A stretch of 64,000 nt of DNA from Enoplolaimus lenunculus (taxonomy: Eukaryota): assembly GCA_030248215.1 (NCBI GenBank), contig JASANG010000245.1:1-64000 (forward strand), written 5' to 3'. The position numbers and the translations under genes were made by a program. The notes beneath the pieces were generated by a model, which saw only the letters and a program-made list of their open reading frames with translations, was not told the origin of the DNA and ran no database searches. Position 1 is the first letter of the stretch; the number at the start of each line of letters is the position of its first letter. Below, piece after piece: positions 25,890 to 38,608 of the stretch.

Positions 25890-26088
25890 GCGCTACGTAA
25901 CAACTGTTCGATCTCACGCAATGTTTTCTTGTGTTGTCTTTTTGTATCATTTGATGTACTGTAGTGTTCCCAAATAGAGGGGAGTTGAGCTTCTTCACAT
26001 ATGACCCCCTTCTATTCGGTAACAGGCTGATATATTTTCAACTTCCGGACAGATTTTTATTCGGTCCAAAAACCATTTTAATACGTTA

Positions 26089-26511
26089 CTGTAGTGACCC
26101 GAATGCAGGGGGGTAATAAGAGGGAGGTTCCCATTTTGAGTCGTAATAAATAGGAGTCCGTATCCCTAATAAGAATCCGTGAGCGGATAGAGTACCAAAA
26201 CCCTGATTAGAGTCCGTAAATGTCAATTTTCCCTAATTGTAATGCTTAAATGTCTCCAGCTACAAATAAAGTTGAGTTTCAAACTTCAAAGCGTACTTAA
26301 GTTTTGAAAGTACATTCCTAAGTATAACCTTGCATTATCGCTCAAGCTTTTGGTCCAATACAAATAAACGTGTAATTCAAAGGATAATTGCTCTATAACG
26401 GATATATCTGTAATGAATGTTGGTGGAACATGGGTTAAACAAAAATAGCAGTCCGTAACCGAATAACGGGGGTCCCTATGGAGAGGCCAAATAATATACG
26501 GGTCACTACAG
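26089..26511. mobile_element. Tc1/mariner-pogo-type MITE with TA TSD
   Basis: TA|CTGTAGTGACCCGAAT...CGGGTCACTACAG|TA. Confidence 0.85.
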
Positions 26512-27689
26512 TATATATAGGAGTTTGAGATATATTGGCTGGGTTTCTGAAATCTTACTAATTAATTATTTAATTTTTTGAACAAAAACAAATGCCAAGT
26601 TTGAGTCATTAGGATAGCAACGAAGAGCCAAAGTAGAAAAACTTATTTTTTCGTTTTTTGCGAAGGGAAGAAAAAAATCCGAAAAATAACTTTTTAAAAA
26701 AATATATAAAATTACATATAAATACTCAATAAAATAGTAACATGTGATCCTCTTAGTATTATTTTGGGATCAGACCTGCAGTCTATTATAACGTCTTTGG
26801 TCCTATTGAAGCACGAGTACATCTTTTTCAACTGTTCCGTTTTTCTGTTCGTTTTCGGAAAAAATAGAATATGCCGTTCTTATGGCCGATCCAACTTTTC
26901 CGGAAAACTCCAACCCTGGTCAGTACTTTTTGTAGTTTCAAGCTCTTAGCTGCACTGCACGAAAACAAAATTTTTCATCGCTTGTTCCGCCCCAATTTGC
27001 TAAAGAACTTACATTTTTTAGAAAATTATTTGAATATAATTCGGCACGTATTTAATGAGTGAAGCCCATGTTACATTAAGGGGCATCCATGATTCTGGTG
27101 GATCTATAAAATACTAGCTTTAGATTCTAGATTACATTTTTAGCTTAGGCTTAGGCGTAGGCTTAGAAACTCATTTTTGCAACGTTTATGCTTAGGCTTA
27201 GGAATACACTTAATCTGCTGTGCCGACCCTTAAAGTAACATTGGTCGTTTAATATATTAGTATTGGGGCCTAAATCAGCACATACTTTCTACACTGGTCT
27301 AAATTTAACAGCGGAAAATCTATTACCATTCATCTAAAACTTTTTATTAACTTCTAGCCTCCATTCAATATTGTCACAACCTTCACCGTAGACATTAATC
27401 TTTTTGGTCGCGCAAACCCTAATCGAACCTTACAGAGCAAGAGATTGTTTTATAGCATCAGCGAAGTCACTAGTGATCAAGGGGCTCCCACCCAAACCAT
27501 GGCACCCAACAGTCATCGGATATGCCACCGGACTGACACAAACAAATATTTCACATTAAAATATATACTTAAATTTGCGTTTGGCTTCTTGTTCACTTCG
27601 CTCGCAAGATTGTTTCACTATAATATCCTGGGTACTGCCGACTGTCATAAACTGCTTGACCCTGCCGTTGAGCAAAGCATCAAACGTAT

Positions 27690-27879
27690 GGCTCATGTAA
27701 AGATCAGGAGCGGAACGTTTTTCTGTGGGACTAGAAAAGAGTAAGCGTAAGCATTAGGCAAAGTTTTTTGCATGGCTTAGGTTTAGGCTTTGATTTAGGA
27801 ATATGCTCATTGCTACGCTTAGGCTTAGGCTTAGGAATATGCTTATAACACTGCTCCGCCCCTGTTCTTTACATTGGTC
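27690..27879 (-). mobile_element. Merlin-like telomere-repeat MITE, subfamily A (further full or partial copies at ~41134-41290, 43390-43521, 45740-45934, 53731-53947 and 55750-55886)
   Basis: TIRs as for 25687; TSD AAACGTAT/AAACCTAT. Confidence 0.85.
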
Positions 27880-28234
27880 AAACCTATTAAGACCTTCAGA
27901 TATTAAATACGATAAGTTTTGATCCATATCCGGTATATGATTAGATCCGTGGTAAAGGTACGAAGTTTGACAGTTGGTTTTTTCAAAGCATCTTAATTGA
28001 ATTTCTTAACATTAAGCCTACACCAAACTAGTGGCCACGGAAACCGAATTTAAAATGTTAAATTGTCATTGCAAAGTGTGCTATGTTTCCTCGCAGAGCA
28101 AGTTGAACTAAAAATTCCAATATAAGCTTCTTGATTCTATGAATTAATTAAAACCGCAACTTGGACGTGTTTGCCCTATAAAAGGACAGCTTATGACAGT
28201 AATCACGATAGCTTGCTATCATAGACTCCAAAAC

Positions 28235-28384
28235 CGGATGTATGGCCACCTCCTTCCGGAATGTAGGACCACGTCCTTCCGGATGTAGGACCACGTCCTT
28301 TCGGATGTAGGACCACGTCCTTCCGGATGTAGGGCCACGTCCTTCCGGATGTAGGGCCACGTCCTTCCGGATGTAGGGCCACCT
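28235..28384. repeat. 22-bp minisatellite, ~7 copies
   Basis: Unit CCGGATGTAGGRCCACGTCCTT. Confidence 0.95.
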
Positions 28385-29304
28385 ACTTGAAAAACAGATC
28401 GGACCAGCCACCATTCAAATTCAGATATAGTGCTTATCAGTTATTGAAAGGTATCAACTTGCAGTATTTGTATTAATTTTTAATTTTGTATCAATTTGTA
28501 TTCCCTGAACTAAACCTTAGTTAAATATATCTGTATTGTGTTTATTTTATGTCACAGCTCTTAGACGTAAAATAGCAATTAAAGAACCGTCTTAGGTTCC
28601 CAATTAGCAGAAGAGTTGCAAATTTTTTTATCTCTGTTTACATTTCGCTCCATTTTGTTCAAATATTAGTTTACATAAATATTTAAATTGTGTCAAAATT
28701 TCCCGCCATAATTTTTATTTCATTTCGAACAATTACTGCACATCTGTAATGAAAAATGGCCAAATATACACCAGAGTCAAATTGAGTCGAATTTGACTCA
28801 GACGGAGTCGAATTTTGACTCAGTTTGTGTAGTCAGGAAAAGCCTATTTCAGAGAGAGAGAGAGAGTCAATTTGATTCATCATATTTTGCAGTGTATATA
28901 TAATATATAACAAGTTTTTTTGAGCGTAAAAATTACGGAATTTCCGGTGTTTCTATAAATGAAACGGAAACGAATACCGACTTTTACCGGAAACTGAAAA
29001 CGGAAACGAATATCCAGGTTACACCCTAGTGAGAATCATAAAATGTCGTAAATATTATTGCAAACAAAATGTGACATTTTGATGCACAAATTTGCAGTGC
29101 TGGTTTGTTTATACTTTAATACGTTCAATATTCAACCGGCCATAACTTTTGATGCAAAACCCTGTAGACCTTAAAACAGTACCGGTGAACTAAAAACGTC
29201 GAGATCTGCAACTTTTTAATAAAAATTTCTTCGAAGTTAGTATTCCAGTACATCCGCCGAAATATACCACACCTTGTGTCAGAATAAAACTTCATTGCAG
29301 TATT

Positions 29305-31221
29305 TTGTGGATGGTAAATGCAATCCTAATCTGTACAAGTCGACACAGAACAACATCAGTGGTGATGCCACAAATATGGTTCAAATCGTTAACTTTCGCT
29401 CGTATATTAATTGAAATTGTTTATCAATCACACATATGTCGAACGTGCGACGAATCACCCGATGTGCCTAAATTAGCCAAACGTCAACCACCAGTCCCTT
29501 TTGTTTGCGATCCTAAACGCGCTTTCAATCGCCGAGCAAAATCTTTGGTTCAACGTGCCCTTTTATTATCAAACGGTGCCCTCAAACCGTGTCATACAAA
29601 AACTGTTCAGGACTCGACAGCGCCTATCGACTCGACCGGTTTACAGGTTGCCATACTTGCTCTGGATACCCTGTACGATATTTCAGTTGACGATAACTTT
29701 AGCTGCGACAAACCAATTTCAATAAACAATCAAAATGGTATCTTTGAATCATATAGCGATTCGATGTCCATCGCCAACCGCAATCCGAACGACTTATCAA
29801 AGGATTCTGCGTATGCTTACAGAACGTGTTCCAAAAACAAAGACGTTACGTTTCGAACACAAGGTGCTCTCGAAGTGATTGATAAACGCCGACCAGTAGT
29901 AGCTTCAGTGGTGCGACCAATTAGACTTTCAAACGACAGCAGACACTTTGACGATGATAACAATGCAAGATTTCCTCGCAATAGCGATATCCGAAGTCGT
30001 AGGTCTTTGAAGCAGTTTAATTTTAGGTGTAACAACGGCACACGACTACGTTGTAGCGACACCACAACGGTTTACAAAGGTACAACATGGCGTATTAAAG
30101 CAAATCAAAACCAACCCCAAACCGCTAGCGTTACGTCTAGCAGACGATATAAACGAAACACCCCTCGTACTGGTTTGAGACACGTGTCAGCTTATGAAAA
30201 ATTCTCATTGCCATCCAAATTAGAAAAGCTAATATTGGGTTTAAATCGATGCTGTGGATGTAATCCGGATTTACTGCTGGTTTGCTCACAATCCATATGT
30301 ACAAACGGATCCAAATGGTTTCCTGTGTCACAAGAACAGTCACATGAGCATGAGTTTTTAACTGCGAACAATACGACCAACATCTATCTTGTATCGTTTT
30401 GGAATCGTCAAAAATATTACAATTTTCTACCGTTGAACAACCATTTCCGCTACGCTCAAAGTATTCGGTTACATTCGCTAAACGATCCAGCAACAATAAA
30501 TTACGGCCACATATGCGCCCGAGCGGCGTCAGAATTTATAATAACAACAGTCCGTGGACTTACCGTCGCAAGAATGCGTCAAAGCTATTTGTACTTGGGT
30601 CGTACGCCAACGCGTTTGCGAACAGTTGTTTCCGAGAATCGATCAAAATATTTCCATCCGAAAACGACACAGTCGTCGAAAAATCCTATTTCACTTGCCG
30701 GAGCAACGATTCCAACGTGGGCTGTCGCAATATTCGTTTCGAGTATCATAGTCACCATCATTTGCTTTCTTATCGGTAATTTGGTGAACAGACCAATTTT
30801 AAGCGTCGCCAGCCGTCGTTCAACTGCGTCAAGTTGGTTTCGCTACGCGTCGTCCAAAGACAAATCTGGTTCTGGTGACCTTGAACAAAACGGTGATCGG
30901 CGGTCGAGTGCGCTCAATCAAAATTTAGCTCGACATACGCTGTGGAGAGCTGGTTTTATCGGCGTTTTGTTCGCTGGAAAAGCTGCTAGCGGTAAAGCAA
31001 TTTCAATATCCGGCGGAAGCGGTACACGTTACGGAGTCAACTCGGCGGCAAGTTATACCGCGTGTCCTAGCTATAGAAACCGTCTCGGTCAAGGGACATC
31101 GGCGAGTATTTCAAAATCACGCCGTATGATGTCTGCATCGATGTTTCATTATCGGCCGAGTATGGCAAACACATCTGCAGGCGGCTCCGGCGCTGGAAAC
31201 GGGATTAAAACCAGAATTTAA
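29305..31221 (+). CDS. Uncharacterised long single-exon ORF, probable single-pass membrane protein
   Basis: 1.9 kb stop-free in AT-rich DNA and not repetitive. Hydrophobic stretch WAVAIFVSSIIVTIICFLIGNLV. A ttgcag acceptor ends at 29300; in-frame ATGs at 29311 and 29365. No family recognised. Confidence 0.6.
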   Translation: MWMVNAILICTSRHRTTSVVMPQIWFKSLTFARILIEIVYQSHICRTCDESPDVPKLAKRQPPVPFVCDPKRAFNRRAKSLVQRALLLSNGALKPCHTKTVQDSTAPIDSTGLQVAILALDTLYDISVDDNFSCDKPISINNQNGIFESYSDSMSIANRNPNDLSKDSAYAYRTCSKNKDVTFRTQGALEVIDKRRPVVASVVRPIRLSNDSRHFDDDNNARFPRNSDIRSRRSLKQFNFRCNNGTRLRCSDTTTVYKGTTWRIKANQNQPQTASVTSSRRYKRNTPRTGLRHVSAYEKFSLPSKLEKLILGLNRCCGCNPDLLLVCSQSICTNGSKWFPVSQEQSHEHEFLTANNTTNIYLVSFWNRQKYYNFLPLNNHFRYAQSIRLHSLNDPATINYGHICARAASEFIITTVRGLTVARMRQSYLYLGRTPTRLRTVVSENRSKYFHPKTTQSSKNPISLAGATIPTWAVAIFVSSIIVTIICFLIGNLVNRPILSVASRRSTASSWFRYASSKDKSGSGDLEQNGDRRSSALNQNLARHTLWRAGFIGVLFAGKAASGKAISISGGSGTRYGVNSAASYTACPSYRNRLGQGTSASISKSRRMMSASMFHYRPSMANTSAGGSGAGNGIKTRI

Positions 31222-31459
31222 AGTTATAATGTATATAGAGTGGGCCCGCAGCCAGACGGAAGGCAGTGGAAGCTCGGTGGCTATCGGAAAATTTGATCCC
31301 CCTGGCCAGGGTTTAGTCTAACTCGTAGCTTTAAGTCATGCAAAATCTCCACTTGACCCTCCTAACTATTTTCGGCTGCTCCCTAGCATGTTGTTTTGGC
31401 TCGGGTCTAAATTGTGCATTGTTGTTTCTGCATCCTATTTTGAACATTTTTAATTTTAA

Positions 31460-31722
31460 CCCCTTCTCACATTGAGTTGCCTATAGGCAACTCAGCGCAG
31501 TGCATATAAGTTAAATAATATATATCTCACCGTGTTTAACAATTGCAACACGTATACATAGTACTAAATCACCACAAGACGTGAGAGTCCCCTCGGGCTC
31601 GAGCGTCAAGCTCCTATAGCTGAGCGGTGATGGTAATCGCCTCCCACTCCAGTCACCGGAGTTCGAATCCTAGCATAATAGTAGGTGTCAGCGGAAATCG
31701 AAAATATTCATGTGAGAAAGGG
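31460..31722 (+). mobile_element. piggyBac-type tRNA-carrying MITE
   Basis: Perfect TTAA TSDs and TIRs; tRNA-like segment at ~31610-31680. Confidence 0.9.
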
Positions 31723-31725
31723 TTA

Positions 31726-31970
31726 AGACCGAGCTTAATCATAAGCCTGAGACTAATCCGATGTATAAGCGTAAAAAGCCTAAACCTAAGTCTGAGATGA
31801 AGCCTTAACCTAATCGTGAGCATAAGCGTTAGTGTAAGCCTAAGCATTAACATCAGCATAAAAGCCTAAAACCTAAGCCCAAGCTTATGTATACACCGTA
31901 AACCTAACCTTGAAGCTTAAAGGCTGAGCCTAAACCTTAAACCTAGCATAAACATAAGCCTAACGCCAAA
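31726..31970. repeat. Degenerate interstitial telomere-like (TAAGCC)n tract
   Basis: 6-bp periodic TAAGCC/TAAACC/TGAGCC variants. Confidence 0.75.
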
Positions 31971-32377
31971 GACTACGCTGTAAACTGTCACTATGTCCCG
32001 AGCAACATTGAAAAAACATGTGCTTGAAACTGGGGTTACCGCCCAGCGAAAACACAGGTTTGAAGTTGTCTAGTTTGAGCAAACAAAAGATAGGCTCGAA
32101 GCTGTCCGGTCACATCAAACATAGCAGCAGGAGTGCATGCACCTCCCAACATTTTCACTACCGAAGCCGTTAGAACCTCCAGCAAAAAAATCCACGGAAG
32201 CCGAAGGTAAATTTTCTGACAGGACACAGACCACCTGTGTCGTAACATAAACAGTCGCTTCCGCACTGCAGCATAATCAGCTCTAGAAACCAGACTTGAA
32301 AAGTTTATTCAAATTTTTATAGGCATACAAAAATTTTATAGAAATTGGACCGTACTGTGACAATCCACCTTCAGAAG

Positions 32378-32594
32378 CAGGGTGCAACCGGGATTACGGT
32401 TCCGGTAGGGAAATACGGTATTTTTCACTATCCGGTTTCGGTAATAAATCCGGTATTTTTTCAATAGAAATGGCATGTTTACAGCATTAAGAGCGATAAA
32501 ATAGCGTTAAAAATGAATTTTTCGGCAACAAGTATTTTTGTTTTTCGGTTCTAACCTTCCGGTTCCGGCATTTTATAATTCCAGTTGCACCCTG
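32378..32594. mobile_element. hAT-like MITE, CAGGGTGCAACCGG family
   Basis: CAGGGTGCAAC...GTTGCACCCTG, 8-bp TSD TTCAGAAG/GTCAGAAG. Confidence 0.85.
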
Positions 32595-33026
32595 GTCAGA
32601 AGTTTATGCTATACTATATTACAGATAGAACATGCATCTCAACATTTCATACTTATATTACAGTAAATCGTAGGTATTTTGGGCACATACATTGAGTTTA
32701 GAGGAACTTCGATAAATTTAACTGCAAAAATCACTCACGAACAACAGCAGCGCAGGCTTGTCATGGAACTTCAAACTTGAGTCGTTAAGTCTGTATATTT
32801 TCCACTGTGCATAGTGCATATACCCAGTTCTTTCGCGGGAAACGTAGTGGAACTACACTTAATGAGCGAAGCTCGGATATACTCTTTTTTTAATCAGTCA
32901 AGTTAAACATTCCAAACTTATAAATCATTTTATCCGTATATCTGGTTTACTTATATTGGCACTAAGAATGTTCGTTTGATTCTACGACTGGATGTATGTA
33001 AAAACGACGACTAGAAAATAACACTT

Positions 33027-36000
33027 TTATTTCGGTGCAATCATTTTCAGTCGTTTCAACATTGCAGCAAAATATTTCGGCAGTGGTGCGCGAACAAACA
33101 ATGGTGTACCCTTTTTATCGCCTGATGTGTACCAATTTTCAATAAATATTTCACGCGAAAACAAATACATTGGTAGAGATCTTGATTTGCTTGACCTCAC
33201 GCCAATTTTGGACAACATTTCTCCTGGAAGACGTTGTGGACGTCCATAAACTAAGTAATTTGAATATTTGTGATCGCCAATTATTGGTGCGTTCATTCCA
33301 TAGCCAAGGTGACATCGTATTTGATGTTTGAAGCCGCGGCGTATGCTAGCTTCTACAAGGGCACACTTGATACCAACCGAAACTACAGAATAGTCTGTTT
33401 CAGCAGGTTCCGCGATTGATTTTAAAGAACGCTTGTTTCTGTACACCTACAAGCAAAATTCTCCACATTATTACAAACGCTGATAATTTCCGATGAATTA
33501 TTATACTTCTTGTAACAAAGGATAAAACAGCCCCTCTTTGACAGGAATATAGCCATGAGGTGGGTTTATGTGTACCCTCCTTCGTTTGGAATTTTTGTGC
33601 TGGGATTTGAAACATGATCTCATTTACCAACACAAAAAACAAGACTTCCAAAATTTTTTACATAACGTAATTCCCCTTTGAAATTTTTATGAAACGTAAC
33701 CCTACTCTATGCGAAATCCGGGGTTACATCTATGATTCCAGATGTTTTCGTAAGCTAGAGTTTGCACATCCGACTGTAATGAATAAAACTCTGTGCTTTT
33801 CTTTCACCAGATTGCGTTTACGTTATTTGCAATACTCCGCCAGCAAATTTGCTTTAAATTTCGAAACAATATAAAATACAAATCTACTTGAATAATACAT
33901 AATTATAAAATAGACAACAAAATTTACTAAAGTTTAACTCACATCTTTGAGTTCTTCTTGACCAGGCTGCAACTTTGGGACCAAAATAGTGCGGTAGCGT
34001 GATCCAATTTTGTTATACGCCAGCGGAATTTTGATCGTGCCTTCTCGAGGTTCAGGAATCCCTATAAAATTGTGCACCCACAAGTAGCAATGCATGTTTC
34101 AGTAGTCTTCGAAGCCCTCGGAAAATATAGCGAAACCAGAAAGTCAAGGTTACACCTTAACAGGTTCTACTACAAGATCTTAAGCGCAGGTTGTCGACAA
34201 ACAACAAAATAACTACATGAGTATATGCAAATTGAGAATGGAACGAAAAACTTACTGCAGTCAGTAAACGAGCTGCACTCATAAAATATTAGCATGCAAA
34301 TGTAAATGACATTAAAGGAATTGTGCTAAATAAACTATCTCCAACTAAGCTGAAGGCCAGAGCCCCATCAGCTAAAATCGTTCAAAAGAACAAAATAAAT
34401 AGCAGCAGTAAATCAAGTTATATTCAAAACCATAGTGACTAACCTTTCGTTATAGCCCAATAGCGCTTCAGCAAATTTCCCGAAGCACTAATGGCACGAA
34501 GCAAATCTTGCGATTTATCAGATTTTGCTACGATTACACAGCCTGACGTTTTCTGATCAAGACGATTGACTAAACGTAATTTATCGCATTTGAACCTAAA
34601 CAATCATACAACGCTAATACATCGATAACAAACAACGAAAATTCCAAAAAACAATAGTACTTTGGTTCTTTCAGAATAATATGACGCCAAATTACGAAAC
34701 TGATGCTTTTGCTAGAAATAGTGGTCTTTCACTACTGCCCCAAAATTTCACGTTGTTAAGCAGCCAGAAACCTTAACTTTTCCGAAGAATAAAACCACCA
34801 AGTAGGCAATGCCATAAGAAATATCGACAAAGTTAAGCTTTCCTCAATGTTAACACCTCTAAGTGTTTTGTCAACTAGCAAACAATTAACAGAAGTAAAA
34901 ATCATATACAATTTTAAAAAAAATTATTCAACTTCACTTTCGAATAAGACTGTTGCAACTTTAGAATTGATGTTCATTTTTCACTATTGCAGCAAAAAAT
35001 TACACTTCATTTAGTTGGTCTATATTTTGAGCCTACACTAACCTAGAACACAAAAGTGTTAACAAGTTTGCCAAGCTTTTGCCTTTTTGACGGCCCCCAA
35101 CTTGGCATGCCAATCCGTATGGCTTGTTCAAAACAACGATATCCTAAATGATTGAGTAACTCAAAGTGAATACAACATGAAAAAATGAAAACAAATGACC
35201 CTGTCCATTCCACATTAGAGCCAAATCTACTGCATCTAATTAAATAGTGTAAATTCTAAGTTAAGCGGTACCATATAGAGTCATTCACGAAATGTTTGCT
35301 CCGTACCAAGTGACGGTCGAACCCACGACGTACGGATTACCGTCCAGCTGATTTGTATTTATTGCAATGCTAATTATAACATGGACCCAGAACACACATT
35401 TCCAGCTTATCGGGTGCAATTACGACATTTTCCTTTTCATAAAAACGATTAATCTTACTTCATCTTCATACAGTGCATTTTTGTAAAGCATGTCAAGCAA
35501 TTCATCTGTTGTCATTTTGGAAATATCTGGCAAGCTTTCACAGAGTGTTTGTATTGTAAGTAAACTCCCGTCAATGTCACGTCCTCTGATTATATCCATT
35601 CGCTCTCTGCAATTACAAACGCTCAACAAAATAACAGGCAACATCGTTATCATTCATTCTGAAACCTTGAACAAACCAAAAATCAGTTTTCTGTTTTTTC
35701 AGTGTTCTAAATAGGATTGCAAAGTGCCAGAACTTTTGAAAAGACAGGAAGATTTATCATTAAGATTTAATGAGTAAAACCACCGACCAAAACCTCAGTA
35801 TAATAGGAAAGATCGCGCAACTCGTTTGAACAGTAATTGAAAAAAAGAAACCTAGTCCCAGACAGTTGGCTTGGCGTACAGTCTGCTATTCATTAAAAAG
35901 ACACTAGACGACACTTCATTGTTGAGCAATATAACGAAACAGTAGAAAAACATAATAGTTAATAAATAACGTACTCTTTCTTTCGTTGGCGTTGCTCTGC

Positions 36001-38266
36001 TATCACTTCGCTAAGCATTTTCGGTGCTTTTTGTTGTACAGTTGAATCGCGTAACGGTTCCATGATTTGTTGTTCAAGAAGGGCAATTTCAGGATGTTGC
36101 ACAGAACCATCAAGCAATCGTTCATCTATGTTACTCAAATCCGCCTCATTAGCAATATTAGTGCTTGTATCTCGCTTGTCTGGTTTTCGTCGCCAAATTT
36201 TGTCTTTAGCTCGTTTAGCGGACGGTTTGTCATTCAAGAATAGTTCTAGTTTCTTCGTAAATTCACTAGTTTTTGGTGGCGTATCAAAACTGCCAGTATT
36301 GTTAGTACCTGACTTATAATCGAAAACGTAATTACTGGTTCGATTCAAGCGGTGCTGTTCATCTTTCAATGGCACACGATGATTCATTTGGGGTTGAGCA
36401 TCCATTCTGTGAGCAAAAGAATTAGCCAAACTGGTGAAAGATTCATGATTATGGTTCGCATAACGAATAGACCTCTGCGATCCAACTAACGGTTTAGATG
36501 CTTTTTGTTCATCATTCGTTTCATTAAAACGTGAAGCAAAGCGGTTTGTTTGTAGCTCAGGAAAAAAAGATTCGTCTGCACAACTAGCCCTTAAATCGGC
36601 TGTTTCTGAATCAGATATTGGTTTTGCAGCGCTGTGGCTTTCCACAGGCGATGAAATATTGTTCGTTTTCCGCAGCTCAGGAAAAAATGACTGATCCACA
36701 AAGCTAGTTCCATTTCCATCTTGGTTGCTAAGTTCTAGAACATAGAAGTATATGAATTACGCAATCTACCCCACAATTGAAATGAAATGAAACTGGCTAC
36801 CAGTCAAAGCGTTCCAAATCCAGTCGTCGTTTATTTACAAAAGTTTTTATATAGATCTAGCGGCCAATTAAGAACAAAGAATTAACATCCGGCTCCCATA
36901 TTTTAGCTTGCCGAACATTTTCAAAAACTTCAAAAAATTGAAACCAACATTTGCATGTTGGAATTTATTGACTTATTTTTACATATTTTCAGTCATACAC
37001 ATGTTGTAAATGTTTACATATGCCCGTGTATGTAAACAATGTATACTGGGTTAGAATAATTTGGCTTCAACCGAACATTAAATTATCTGGCTCCGGTTGC
37101 GGCATATTTTGATATCAGTTAGTCGGTGATCCTGATAGACACTGAGAGTAGCTCCAGGACACTGGCAGGCGTAAAGTTATAAATAGACTAGACTGTAAAT
37201 AAACAATAGCTGTTTACTAACGTCTTAAATACACGTATCTGGGGCTTACCAAAAGCCTCAAATCCACATAAGTTTCTACCATGTTTCGCCACTCTAGATT
37301 TCTCCCCCGGTTAATTTTACGTTGCTTACATTGTTGCGCAAAAACACCATCAGTACGAAGTAGACAAACCCTCTCCTGTAGATCATACATCTTATATATT
37401 TGATGTGTTGTGCTTGTTATTTATACGGTTGTTTTTGATCATGTGCTTAATTGTAGTCGTAACTAAACATTGACTAGTGCAACTGACGCTTTATTGAACA
37501 TTGTGCAACATCATCACTCCGAAAATTTTCTCGGCTGTAAACTGGGGGACCCCGGTTGATGCCCCACTCCTCCGCGACCCAGCGTAATGCAGTTTTAGTT
37601 TGTATATAAAAAGCATAGCAAAGCTAAAAGAAGTGACAAATCAAATGCCTTTAACTTCTCGAGTACGTATTTACATGGCCAACATACCGGTTGAGTCGAG
37701 GTTAGAAGTGGTCGTAACATGATTTCCTTTCGTAAATTGCGAAAAGTACTGTTGATCTATCAAACTGTCGCTTTCATCAAGTGTATAGCCTAAAAACAAA
37801 TAAACACGCTATTACAACAAACAGGAACCAGTTTTGACGATATAATGCTATTACATATTATACGATAATTCAGTGTATGTTAACAATCCAACCCCTGTAG
37901 AAACAGAGGGACAAACAAACAGACATCAACAATCAAGACATATTTCTAATCCTAGTGAAAAAATCATTGCTTATCAACTTTCCAATCACTCAACCAGACA
38001 CACATGAAAAACTTCCGTGCAGATGTATAAATAAAGATACCGTCTTCTTGCACGCTAGTGCTGCCTTCATTTTCGTAGGCAATGTGTCCAAAAGAAGTAA
38101 GCAACTCTTCGTCGTAACCACCTTTGTATTTAACATTTTGTTTTGCTTGCACTAAAGAATCATCTAGGACATTGTCGGACAAGGATGCTTGTTGTGGTTC
38201 GTTACAAGAATCTTCTTTCGGCTCATGAGACTCTATTCCAAAGAAATCCAAGTCTTTATTATCCAT
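33027..38266 (-). CDS. RPUSD4: Mitochondrial RluA-family RNA pseudouridine synthase (RPUSD4-like) with a long N-terminal extension
   Basis: Exons 38266-38041 (an acceptor at 38285 suggests a further 5' exon), 37789-37688, 36734-35975, 35606-35459, 35143-35043, 34595-34444, 34061-33943 and 33446-33027. All GT-AG with consistent phases; 675 aa in total. Motifs YEDEDIVVLNKPYGL, NRLDQKTSG (catalytic Asp), KRYWAITKGIP and GFKHQIRCHLGYGMNAPIIGDHKYS. Confidence 0.9.
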
Positions 38267-38608
38267 ACAGATAAGATTTACATTCCTAAAATCAATATAC
38301 GCGGCTTACACACTTGTAACTTGGAACTATGCGGTCTGTACGACCACGGTTCCAAGTTTTTGCCCACAGTGACCAGAACGGAAATCGAGCCTGCTATTAC
38401 TACACCGCGTGGGCGTTTCAAAACTTCTTGTACCGGTATATGTGCACATGTTGGTATTGTATCCATGTGAGACATGCTTGTCCTAGTGTATGAACAATAC
38501 AATGCATTGCATTGTAGGTATGTTTGTAGGCAGCATACGTTCGACACACGTGAGAACAAGGGTAAATTGCCGCGCTGGTATGAAGTCGAAAATAGGACTG
38601 ACGGTTAA

